Shown piece by piece: positions 40,012 to 48,615 of a stretch of DNA of 58,431 nt (its first letter is position 1; every line of letters begins with the position of its first letter). The notes below the pieces were generated by a model that had not been told where the DNA came from, ran no database searches, and worked only from the letters and a program-made list of their open reading frames with translations. A program made the position numbers and the translations under genes. This DNA comes from Gammaproteobacteria bacterium UBA2810 (lineage in GTDB: Bacteria > Pseudomonadota > Gammaproteobacteria > Enterobacterales > Succinivibrionaceae), in NCBI GenBank assembly GCA_002351705.1, contig DEHC01000009.1, positions 1-58,431 on the forward strand. Reading direction: 5' to 3'.

Positions 40012-41022
40012 CTAGAACAGCGCGTTGATGAATCCCATGATGAAGCCGAGCCCCGCGCCGAACCAGACCACGGCACTGAGCTCCTTCTTCATGACTCCGA
40101 GGAGGACCTGCTCCGCCTCGTCAATATCCATCTCGTTGATGCGGTTCTCGATGACCCTGCTCAGGTTGAAGGCCTGAAGCATCGCCGGAAGCTTCTCCGT
40201 CACAAGGTGGCGGTACGCCCCGATGAGGCTCTCCGTCACCTTCTGCAGCAGCTCCTCCTTTCCGGCGAGGAGCGCGCTTACCTGCTTCCCCATGAGCTTC
40301 TCTGACTCGCTCTCTGCCATGCCGCCCACGATATCTGCGGCATTCTTCTCCATGATTTCCCGGATATTCTCCGAGAGCAGCTCCCTCAGCGGATCACGGA
40401 GCGATTCGATGATGCTGTCCGTGATCTCGCCGGCCTTTCCGCCGAGAACGCTGTTGATCGCCCTGCCGATGAGGCCGCCGACCGCCTCGGTCAGGCGGCC
40501 GCTGATGGCCTTGAGGAGCTCTCCCTTGTCGCGGAGCTTCACGATGATCTGATCCGCGGCAATGCCGGCGATGCGATCCCCCATTTCGGGATCCCTGAGC
40601 TTCTCCGAGGCAAGAGAGGTGAAGCCGTTGCGGATGCTGCCGGAGGCAGCGGCAATCTCCTCCCCGCTGAAATAGTGACCGAGGAATTCCCCGAGCGTCT
40701 CGTCATTATGGCGCTGCCGGTCGAGGTATTTCTCAATGGCGGAGCGGAGCTTCCCGATCATCTCATCGGAGAGCAGGTTCTTCCCGAGGACCTCACCGCT
40801 GATGAGGTTCTCGCTGACAGCCTTTCCGACCTCCCTGGCAATCCTGCCTCGCTCCTTCGGGATGATGCCCGGCGTGAAAGGGATGTGGAAGCCCTTTATG
40901 TACCACGCCCTGTGCGGCCTGAAGAGCATGCGCACTGCGATGTCGTTCGTGATGTAGCCTATGAGTGCGCCGATTGCGGGGCCGGCGACAAGCCTGTATT
41001 CAGCAAGCAGTTCAATTGTCAT
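40012..41022 (-). CDS. DUF445 family membrane protein
   Basis: IGALIGYITNDIAVRMLFRPHRAWYIKGFHIPFTPGIIPK N-terminal signature and a C-terminal TM segment. True start is the ATG at 41022 with GGAGG SD (the ORF track starts at 41220). Confidence 0.7.
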   Translation of the reverse strand: MTIELLAEYRLVAGPAIGALIGYITNDIAVRMLFRPHRAWYIKGFHIPFTPGIIPKERGRIAREVGKAVSENLISGEVLGKNLLSDEMIGKLRSAIEKYLDRQRHNDETLGEFLGHYFSGEEIAAASGSIRNGFTSLASEKLRDPEMGDRIAGIAADQIIVKLRDKGELLKAISGRLTEAVGGLIGRAINSVLGGKAGEITDSIIESLRDPLRELLSENIREIMEKNAADIVGGMAESESEKLMGKQVSALLAGKEELLQKVTESLIGAYRHLVTEKLPAMLQAFNLSRVIENRINEMDIDEAEQVLLGVMKKELSAVVWFGAGLGFIMGFINALF

Positions 41023-41275
41023 GTTGCGGATCCTCCCGGAGAGGCAGATGCTGATTAGGATGCTCTCCCTTCTCTTCGCATTATAATGTACGGGATATGA
41101 AGTGACACAAAACAACAGATTCAAGGTCAGGAATACGCGCCTCCCGTCACGGCATCCAAAGGTTGCATGCAGGTCCCTGATCCCCGATAATTTCCCTGTC
41201 CGGCATTGCTCTGCCGGCATTTTGTCCCCGGTCTCTCAGTCCGGGGCCGCTTTTTACAGTCCTGGAAGATTCATC

Positions 41276-42484
41276 ATGAAAAGCTTTGAGTGCAGCAGCT
41301 GCGGCGGGTTCATGGAATGGGATCCGGAGAGGCAGTGCCTTTCCTGCCCGAACTGCGGCAGCAGCGTTCCGGTCATGCGCGACGTGCCGCAGCTTCCCGT
41401 TCCGTTTGAATGGGGGACAGTCCCTCCCGAGATAGGGAAGCTCTCGGAGTTCTCTGACAGCCCGGTCATCTGCCCGTCGTGCCACGCCGACATCAGGCCG
41501 AGGGAGGAGACGGTCTCCATGCTCTGCCCGTACTGCGGCACCGCGCTGGTCTTCGACGAGAAGCAGAGCTTTTACCTTACCCCGAACGGGGTCGTCCCCG
41601 AGGCGATCTCGCTCAGGCAGGCAATGAAGTCGGTCGAGAAATGGAGCAGGACTCATTTCTTCGCTCCCACAGTATTCCCGAAGCTCATCGAGAAGAAGTT
41701 CATCAGGAACTGCTATGTCCCGTTCTGGGTGTTCTCCGCCAATATCGCATATTCCTTCGAGGGCGTCGGATCTACGTTCTCAGAGCGGGCTGCCGGGCTC
41801 TCCGGCACCAGTTCCTATCTCGCGAGAAAGCACAGGCGCGAGCAGAAGAGCGAGCACCAGTGCTCGGGACGGAACAGATTCACCGCAAGCGATGTCAGGA
41901 TCTGCGCCTCTTCGAAGCTGAGCAGGGCAGCATCCGATGCCATCTCGGCAGTCTCCTACGGAAAAGTCTGCGACTACCGGCCGGAATACCTCGCGGGGCG
42001 CATTGTGGATCTGGGCAACATCGGCATCGAGACCGGAATGAAGCAGGCTGAGGCGCGGATGAGGGAAATGGCGGAGATCCACGCGAAGGCCATGATAATG
42101 AGCCACGGCTACACCTCGGTCAGGATCACCTCGTTCAGCATCAAGATCTCAGATGCCTCCTACAGCCAGATCCTGATCCCCTGCTACCGGATCATCTACC
42201 GCTACGCCGGAAAGCTCTATTCGGTGGTGGTGAACGGCGAGAACGGCAGGGCAATAGGAGACTATCCGCTCTCGGTCATGAAGGCGGTGATAATCCCGTT
42301 CGTGCTCTGCATGCTCCTCGCCGTGTTCCTCTGCAAGGTACTGGATGTGTCGGTCGGGAGCGCGGGCGCCTTCGGCCTTGTTCTTAGCATAACGTTTTCC
42401 GCAGCGGCCTATGTTCTTTCCTCAATAAGGAAGAAGGCCAACATCAGGGATCACGGCAGGATCTTCTTCAGGACAGATGACTGA
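41276..42484 (+). CDS. Double-zinc-ribbon membrane-anchored protein, divergent member (paralog 1) of the five-gene family in this window
   Basis: MKSFECSSCGGFMEWD...CPNCG / CPSCHADI...CPYCGTALVFDEKQSFYLTPNGVVP, then VPFWVF, PEYLAG, IIYRYAGKLYSVVVNGENGRAIGDYP, C-terminal TM helices. Collinear with the ORFs at 47280-52530. Confidence 0.7.
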   Translation: MKSFECSSCGGFMEWDPERQCLSCPNCGSSVPVMRDVPQLPVPFEWGTVPPEIGKLSEFSDSPVICPSCHADIRPREETVSMLCPYCGTALVFDEKQSFYLTPNGVVPEAISLRQAMKSVEKWSRTHFFAPTVFPKLIEKKFIRNCYVPFWVFSANIAYSFEGVGSTFSERAAGLSGTSSYLARKHRREQKSEHQCSGRNRFTASDVRICASSKLSRAASDAISAVSYGKVCDYRPEYLAGRIVDLGNIGIETGMKQAEARMREMAEIHAKAMIMSHGYTSVRITSFSIKISDASYSQILIPCYRIIYRYAGKLYSVVVNGENGRAIGDYPLSVMKAVIIPFVLCMLLAVFLCKVLDVSVGSAGAFGLVLSITFSAAAYVLSSIRKKANIRDHGRIFFRTDD

Positions 42485-42579
42485 GTACACCCGTGTTGAT
42501 GTGGTGGGCCTGCGCTCTGCCTCAGGCAGAATCCGCTGAATGAGTGTCCGCAGCGGCGGACGATTCTGCGTTATCCGTA

Positions 42580-42610
42580 AAATTGTCCATTAGCAGTGGA
42601 CAATTTTTCA
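42580..42610. terminator. Bidirectional terminator (8-bp inverted repeat attgtcca/tggacaat flanked by an A-run and a T-run)
   Basis: aaaattgtcca-ttagcag-tggacaattttt, between convergent genes. Confidence 0.5.
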
Positions 42611-42746
42611 TGATTTTCGCTGACTTTCTGAATGGTGCTTTTAATACAGTGTGCTGTTTTTGCAAATGATTTTAATCAAAACAGCCTTCTGAAACTACGA
42701 AAGTCCATGAAAAAAACTAACATGGATTTTGCAGCTCCAGGTGTTT

Positions 42747-43115
42747 TTACTGCTTGTTTTCAGGGAGCAGTGCAGCCTGCCATTCTGCCTCCTTGAACCC
42801 GACCAGCACAGTACTGTCTGTAACGAAGATAGGCCTCTTCACGAGCATTCCGTCCGTTGAGAGAATTGAGAGCATCTCGTCAGGAGTCATGGTGCCTACC
42901 TTTTTCGAGAGGCCCATTTCACGGTAGAGCTTTCCGCTCGTGTTGAAGAACTTCCTCAGATCCTTGCCGCTGAGGCTGCTCCAGGCTTTGAGCTCATCTG
43001 CGCTCGGTTTCTGATCGGCAATAGGCCTGACCTGGTATTCAACATGGTGATCATCAAGCCATTTGATGGCCTTCTTGCAGGTCGTGCATCTGCTGTAGCA
43101 GAGACATGTGTTCAT
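42747..43115 (-). CDS. ArsC/Spx/YffB-family thioredoxin-fold protein
   Basis: MNTCLCYSRCTTCKKAIKWLDDHHVEYQVRPI CxxC N-terminus. 122 aa. True start is the ATG at 43115 with AGGAGA SD. Confidence 0.7.
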   Translation of the reverse strand: MNTCLCYSRCTTCKKAIKWLDDHHVEYQVRPIADQKPSADELKAWSSLSGKDLRKFFNTSGKLYREMGLSKKVGTMTPDEMLSILSTDGMLVKRPIFVTDSTVLVGFKEAEWQAALLPENKQ

Positions 43116-43443
43116 TATTCTCTCCTTTGCCCGGAGATGTCCGGGCAGACTGTTCATGCGGCATACGTACCGATTATATCCGTCTCCTGCATGTCCTGAC
43201 TGAGGAGAGCCATGCAGAAACAATGCCTTAAATACCGGACCGGGGGACTGTCTGCACGAGTCTCTGAATAGTAAACACACTCCATCCGGACATGCCTGCG
43301 GCAGAACGCCTGATGTAATGATCCTGATCGTGGTGATCCGGCGCCTGTTATTCTGAAAGCAGAGCGCAAGCCGACGGATAAAGAAGCGCCGCGCTTATTT
43401 ACAGAGCGGCGCTTCGTCCGTTTTTTGCTGCCTCGTTGATCGT

Positions 43444-44385
43444 TCAGATATTGAATGCACCGAACAATTCCTGACGGTATGCTTTGTCAGTAATGATTCT
43501 GGAAATATCATCATTCCTGTTCTGTGAGGTCAGGATCTGTATGAGTTTAGCGAAACGCTCCTCACCGCGATCCTCGCCGATTTTTATCCCGCGTTCCATG
43601 CCGCGCTCTTCTCCGCGATCCTCAGCATCCTTTATATCTGAGCGGTAATCCATACGGGCTATCTCGTTATTAATGTAGTTCATGCGCTCCTCCCTGCTGC
43701 TGAAAAATTCATCGCATGCGTCATATGCCTTGCTTATTACATCATCGCACATTGCGAGCTCCTGTTTCCGTTTCTTCCGGCGGAAAGCGAAAAAACCCAT
43801 CCAGCGCTCAATCCTCGTCATTTCGCTGGCAGGCTTGTTTCTCGCTGCCTTCAGGAATTTCCGGAGCTCAAGAAAGTGGAATCTGAGATTTTTGCCGAAA
43901 CTCTCGTAAGGATCGTCGTCCCATCTGATACTGCAGGACGAATGCACGATTGCTTTCTTGCGAATGCTGAAAGCGAGGATGTTGATCGTGATGGCAGGGC
44001 TAGCTTCCAGATAGTCCTCTCCGGCATGCAGGCCTGTGGAATACATATATGTCCAGTAGGCAAGCGTGCGCTTATCCATGTTGTGCCGGCTGGCAACCTG
44101 CGCCTCGACATCAATGAGCTCTCCGGTATCGAGCCTGCACGCGACATCAAAGCGCGGTGCCTTGTCCGCCTTGTTATAGGGGATCTGCTCCGTCGGCCTG
44201 AACTCGATGTCGTTGATCCTGTGCCCGAGCGACTCGCTGAGCACTGAGTTCAGGAAATCTACTGTGAAGTGCTTGCGCTCCTCCTTTCCGAATACAAACT
44301 TGAACAGCAGGTCGTCCATCGTATTGATGTGCTGGTTCTCGATCTTTGTCTGAATTATGCTTCTGATTTTCTTTTCGTCCTGCAT
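43444..44385 (-). CDS. Rpn/YhgA-family PD-(D/E)xK recombination-promoting nuclease / putative transposase
   Basis: DDLLFKFVFG...FLNSVL...IEFRPTEQ...DVACRLDTGELIDVEAQ nuclease core. C-terminal DAEDRGEERGMERGIKIGEDRGEERFAKLIQ repeats typical of the family. AT-rich gene. Confidence 0.6.
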   Translation of the reverse strand: MQDEKKIRSIIQTKIENQHINTMDDLLFKFVFGKEERKHFTVDFLNSVLSESLGHRINDIEFRPTEQIPYNKADKAPRFDVACRLDTGELIDVEAQVASRHNMDKRTLAYWTYMYSTGLHAGEDYLEASPAITINILAFSIRKKAIVHSSCSIRWDDDPYESFGKNLRFHFLELRKFLKAARNKPASEMTRIERWMGFFAFRRKKRKQELAMCDDVISKAYDACDEFFSSREERMNYINNEIARMDYRSDIKDAEDRGEERGMERGIKIGEDRGEERFAKLIQILTSQNRNDDISRIITDKAYRQELFGAFNI

Positions 44386-44777
44386 GATCTGCCCTGCCTT
44401 CCGTATCTTTATTTCTGCAGTCTCTCTTGTTTAATCCGCACGCGCTCTTTAAGCCTGAGCCGCCCGTGCTTTTCTTCTCTGCAGACAATGATATCCGGCA
44501 GCTGGCAGCCAGGCAAATTTTATTGGCTGCTTATCAGTCATAACAGATCATGCAAATGATATTTTTATCAGAATCCGGCCATAAGCCGGGCTGAGGCCAG
44601 ATCCCCGGGGCTTGGCATTAACAGGCCTCAAAAGCCCTTACAATTGATGCCGGAATTCTGTATCATAGCGTGCATAGGCGGGGCGCTCGCCCGGCCGCAA
44701 CCCAATCAAAGCGCCTGATGGCATTCATTTCAATTCACTAAGTCCCGGATCCGGGCAAGCCATCCTCCCGTGCCGCT

Positions 44778-45953
44778 TTGGTTCCCCAAGGATTCCCTGT
44801 GAGCCAGCAGATTTTCCAGTACCTCAGGAAGCGTCCTGCTTTCCGTACTGCCATGTTCTTTGTCACTGTTCTCTGCATTGCAGTAGTTCTCATCATGCTC
44901 GGCCGCCGTGCCGATGCGGTCACCGAGGCGAGGCGCTTCAAGGGAGGCGTCCTGACAGCAGATGAGGTCGCCTGCGCCTTTGAGGGCGTGGGCGGAAAGC
45001 TCATCTCGAAGAAGGTTTCCGAGGGGGACAGGGTGAAGAAAGGGCAGCTTCTGATGGTCATCGATGACCGCGACCTTCAGAATACGGTTGCTGACCTCAG
45101 GGCGTCAGCCGCGCAGCTTGACGCAGAGATTAAGAAGCAGGAGCTCGATCTCAAAAATGCCCGGGACAAAGTGCGCACCACTGAGATATCACAGTGGCGC
45201 CAGATAGAGTCTCTCGAGTCAAGGCTCCGCGGCAGCAGCGAGGAGCTCTCCCAGGCAAAGGCCGAGTACAGGCGCTACTCATCCCTTGTGGAGGTATCCG
45301 CGGCCTCAAGGAGCGCCTATGACAAGGCCCGCGCCGTAAGCGCCCAGGCCGAGGCTGCTCACACCGCTGCATTCAAGAGCCTCCAGGAGCTGACTGTCGG
45401 CGCCTCTCCCCGCCAGATGAAAAGGCTCCACGACACCGGAAGCGCCGATGGCATGACGCTGAGCGCCATCACCCAGATGCGCACTGACTGCGACAGCATG
45501 GAGCAGGCCCTTCATGCGCTCGAGGCCTCTCGGAATGCCGTGCAGGCAAGGCTAGAGCAGCAGCTCCTCAATCTCTCAAGGACGAAGCTCTACGCGCCAT
45601 GCGACGGAACAGTGCTTGACACCTACTTCGAGGAGGGCGAGATCATCCCCGCGTCAGCCGCTGCGCTCAACCTCGAGACCGACCGCCGCTACTATGACGT
45701 CTACCTTTCGGAGCGCACAGTCGCCCGCTACAGGAAGGGCAGCGCAGTGACCGGCATGGCCCCGGCGCTCGGTCGTGAGGTGAAGGGCATCGCGCGCTCT
45801 GTAAACGCGGCGCCTGCATTCGCTGACCTCCGCATGACGCGCGAGCAGGGGCAGGCTGATCTCACCTCATTCAGGCTCCGTGTTGACGTCACTGACGCGC
45901 CTGAGGAGCTCAGGACCGGCATGACCGTGGAGATCGCAGATGAAAGCGATTAA
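44778..45953 (+). CDS. HlyD-family membrane fusion (periplasmic adaptor) protein
   Basis: Single N-terminal TM. Biotinyl-lipoyl-like VSEGDRVKKGQLLMVIDDRDL. Long coiled-coil, then a beta-barrel tail. Start uncertain (TTG 44778 or ATG 44853). Confidence 0.7.
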   Translation: MVPQGFPVSQQIFQYLRKRPAFRTAMFFVTVLCIAVVLIMLGRRADAVTEARRFKGGVLTADEVACAFEGVGGKLISKKVSEGDRVKKGQLLMVIDDRDLQNTVADLRASAAQLDAEIKKQELDLKNARDKVRTTEISQWRQIESLESRLRGSSEELSQAKAEYRRYSSLVEVSAASRSAYDKARAVSAQAEAAHTAAFKSLQELTVGASPRQMKRLHDTGSADGMTLSAITQMRTDCDSMEQALHALEASRNAVQARLEQQLLNLSRTKLYAPCDGTVLDTYFEEGEIIPASAAALNLETDRRYYDVYLSERTVARYRKGSAVTGMAPALGREVKGIARSVNAAPAFADLRMTREQGQADLTSFRLRVDVTDAPEELRTGMTVEIADESD

Positions 45954-47148
45954 CCGGATGATCCACGCGGCGCTCGAGGAAATCGACGCCATGCGCTCGG
46001 GGCGCTTCATGCCCTATCACAGGCTCTCACTGATGATCGCGCTCATCACCTGCCTCGTCTTCTCCGTCGCGCTCTCGCACCAGGTGGTGTTCAAGGGGCG
46101 CGTCGCGGTGGTCGATCTCGACAGCTCCTCCTGGTCGCAGCACTTCATCGAGCTCCTGAACACCTCGTCATATATCCAGGTGACGGACATATTCAGGAAC
46201 CCCGTCGATCCGGTCGCTCTCGTGATGGGCGACCGCAACCTCGGCGTGCTCTACATACCGCATGACACCGAGCGCAACATCAGGTCATCGCGCCGCCAGG
46301 TGAACCTCGGCTATTTCGCGGACTACACGAACGAGGCGCAGAACGCGGAGGTCATCGAGACGCTCAACAGCATCTCCTCGGAGACCGGAGCCGGCGAGAG
46401 CGCCCCGCGCGTGATGGCCATGGGCCGCACCGGCGCGGAGAGCGCAGGATCAATACTCTCGCCTGTACGCACGGTGGTGAGGAGGCTAGGCGATCCGGTG
46501 TTCTCGGCAACCAACAACATGGTGATAGCTTTCATCTTCTTCTTCAGCTCGATTTACCTCGGGCTCACCGTCCTCATGATACCGGGAAGACTGCGCGTCA
46601 CCGGTCAGTTCAGACGGGCGGTGCTGCAGGGGCCTTTGTGCATGATGGCAAGGCTCATCCCCTACGCCTTCTTCTACACCACGGCAATCAGCGTGGACAT
46701 CTGCCTCCTTGCGACCTTCGGGCAGCTGCGCTTTGACGGGAATTTCCTCCTCTTTGTCCCGAGCATCTTCATGACCGGGATGTGCATCGGTCTCTTCGGC
46801 TTCACCCTCGCCTGGAAGTGCGCGGAGCCCGGCATGGGCGCTGCGTTCATGATCCTCATCGTTCCGCCCGGGTTCATCACCGGCGGCTCGACTCTCGCCA
46901 CTGGCTTCCTCAACGAGGGCGCCTATGTCGCCTCGAACGCCTTCCCTCTTGTCTGGCAGTACCGGCTGTGGCGTGACTTTGCCTTCCGCGCCGAGAACTT
47001 CATGGGAATACTTTCGGAGTACGGCGGGTTCATCTGCTACGCCTCAGTCCTGGGGCTCCTTGTTCTCCTGCGCTGGAGAAAGTCCTGGCTGGAGATAAGG
47101 ACAAGGAGCAGCCAGCATCCCGTTCCCGGGGAGAGAAAAGTCCCCTGA
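45940..47148 (+). CDS. ABC-2 type transporter permease (YhhJ-like), no ATPase partner in the window
   Basis: N-terminal TM plus a large periplasmic loop, then five further TM helices. 402 aa. Overlaps the HlyD gene by 14 bp. Confidence 0.7.
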   Translation: MKAINRMIHAALEEIDAMRSGRFMPYHRLSLMIALITCLVFSVALSHQVVFKGRVAVVDLDSSSWSQHFIELLNTSSYIQVTDIFRNPVDPVALVMGDRNLGVLYIPHDTERNIRSSRRQVNLGYFADYTNEAQNAEVIETLNSISSETGAGESAPRVMAMGRTGAESAGSILSPVRTVVRRLGDPVFSATNNMVIAFIFFFSSIYLGLTVLMIPGRLRVTGQFRRAVLQGPLCMMARLIPYAFFYTTAISVDICLLATFGQLRFDGNFLLFVPSIFMTGMCIGLFGFTLAWKCAEPGMGAAFMILIVPPGFITGGSTLATGFLNEGAYVASNAFPLVWQYRLWRDFAFRAENFMGILSEYGGFICYASVLGLLVLLRWRKSWLEIRTRSSQHPVPGERKVP

Positions 47149-47279
47149 TCCAGCACCGGAGGGCAGTTTCTGAAGAGCGTCCTGCCGCTGTATAATCAAG
47201 CAGTTATGCGGCAGGGCGCCTGTCCGTATCCGGACAGTTCCGGAGGCGCACGCCGGCCGGGAGTATTCAGGAGAAAACT

Positions 47280-48521
47280 ATGAAACTTTACAGCTGCCAT
47301 GCCTGCGGCGGATCCATGGAGTGGGACGGACAGTCAGGCGGACTGAAGTGCAAGAACTGCGGCACGACGGTAAAGGTCGAGGATACCGAGGCGCTCGGCT
47401 ATCACCCCTACGAGACGCTGCCGGAGTTCATGAGCCTCCAGGACTACCCGGAGAAAGTCATCCAGTGCCCGGGCTGCGGGGCCGAGATCAAGGCTGACGC
47501 CAAGACTGTCTCCATGGGCTGCCCTTACTGCGGGGCAAGCCTCGTCCTTGACGAGAAGCAGCTCTCGTTTGCGAAGCCGGACGGCGTTGCTCCCGTAATG
47601 ATCTCCGGCGACAGGGTGAGGCAGCTTGTGAAGGAGTGGTGCGGCAGGCACATGTTCGCGCCCAATCTCGCGTCCAAGCACCTTGAGGTCAAGTTCGTCT
47701 CCCCGCAGTACATCCCGTTCTGGGTGTTCAGGGCCCATGTAAGGGGAGAGTATTCCGGCCGCGGCGGAAAGGACAGGACTGTCACCAGGAAGAATGATGA
47801 CGGCACAACCGTCACCAGGACCGTCACCGACTGGTATCCTATCCACGGCACCGTAAGCGATGATCTCGAGAACTTCGGCGTGTCGGCCGATGAGAACATC
47901 AATAAGGAATATGCAGACTTTCTTTTTGACTCAACGCCTGATGACGCCTTTGCCGAGTGGAAGCCGGAGTATTTCGCCGGAAGCTACTCCTTCATCCCGA
48001 CCGTTCCCGTGGAGGATGCCGAGGAGCAGGCCAAGGATGACATGAAGAGCGAGCTCGAGAGCCGCACCGAGTCAGACCTCAGGAGAGAGTACGATCATGT
48101 CGAGTTCAGCTCGTTTGATGCTGAGTACAGCGACATGGCCTGGCTCCTCGATCAGATCCCGGGGTATTTCGTAATCTGCCGCTACCACGGCGGGATCTAT
48201 GTTGACGCGGTGAACGGCGTTACCGGTGAGATTCACGGAACCTACCCGGTCTCCTTCCTCAAGGTCGCCATAGCCTTCATCCTCGCGGCCGCCGCCGCGT
48301 TCGCCGCCTTCGCCTTCTTCGTCCCGGAGAGCGTCAGCGTCTGCACCAATGAGAGCTGCCGCTTCAGCTGGGGAGTCTTCGGCACGTCGGCCGCCATCTT
48401 CGGGGTCATAGCGCTCATCGTCTATGTCTGCATCCATCTCTGGCTGAAGGGCAAGATCATCGGCAGGGACGAGCTGCAGAAGGATCCTTGGCTTAAGGAA
48501 ATCATGGAGAAGATCAAATAG
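47280..48521 (+). CDS. Double-zinc-ribbon membrane-anchored protein, tandem paralog 2
   Basis: MKLYSCHACGGSMEWDG...CKNCG; CPGCGAEIKADAKTVSMGCPYCGASL; QYIPFWVF; YSGRGG; KPEYFAGS; QIPGYFVICRYHGGIYVDAVNGVTGEI; 2 TM; tail GRDELQKDPWLKEIMEKIK. Confidence 0.75.
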   Translation: MKLYSCHACGGSMEWDGQSGGLKCKNCGTTVKVEDTEALGYHPYETLPEFMSLQDYPEKVIQCPGCGAEIKADAKTVSMGCPYCGASLVLDEKQLSFAKPDGVAPVMISGDRVRQLVKEWCGRHMFAPNLASKHLEVKFVSPQYIPFWVFRAHVRGEYSGRGGKDRTVTRKNDDGTTVTRTVTDWYPIHGTVSDDLENFGVSADENINKEYADFLFDSTPDDAFAEWKPEYFAGSYSFIPTVPVEDAEEQAKDDMKSELESRTESDLRREYDHVEFSSFDAEYSDMAWLLDQIPGYFVICRYHGGIYVDAVNGVTGEIHGTYPVSFLKVAIAFILAAAAAFAAFAFFVPESVSVCTNESCRFSWGVFGTSAAIFGVIALIVYVCIHLWLKGKIIGRDELQKDPWLKEIMEKIK

Positions 48522-48615
48522 CGCATCACGGAATTATGAACCGGCGCGGCAGATTGATGCTGCGCATGGTTCCGCGTGATGCCGATCCTGCCGTCAGGAC
48601 TCAAGGAGAATTTCT

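Noticed and set aside
41102-41275. N-terminal extension of paralog 1 as drawn in the ORF track (start 41102)
   Set aside because: The conserved family N-terminus MK-x-F-x-C-x-x-CGG begins at the ATG at 41276. The upstream 58 codons are not shared with the other paralogs.
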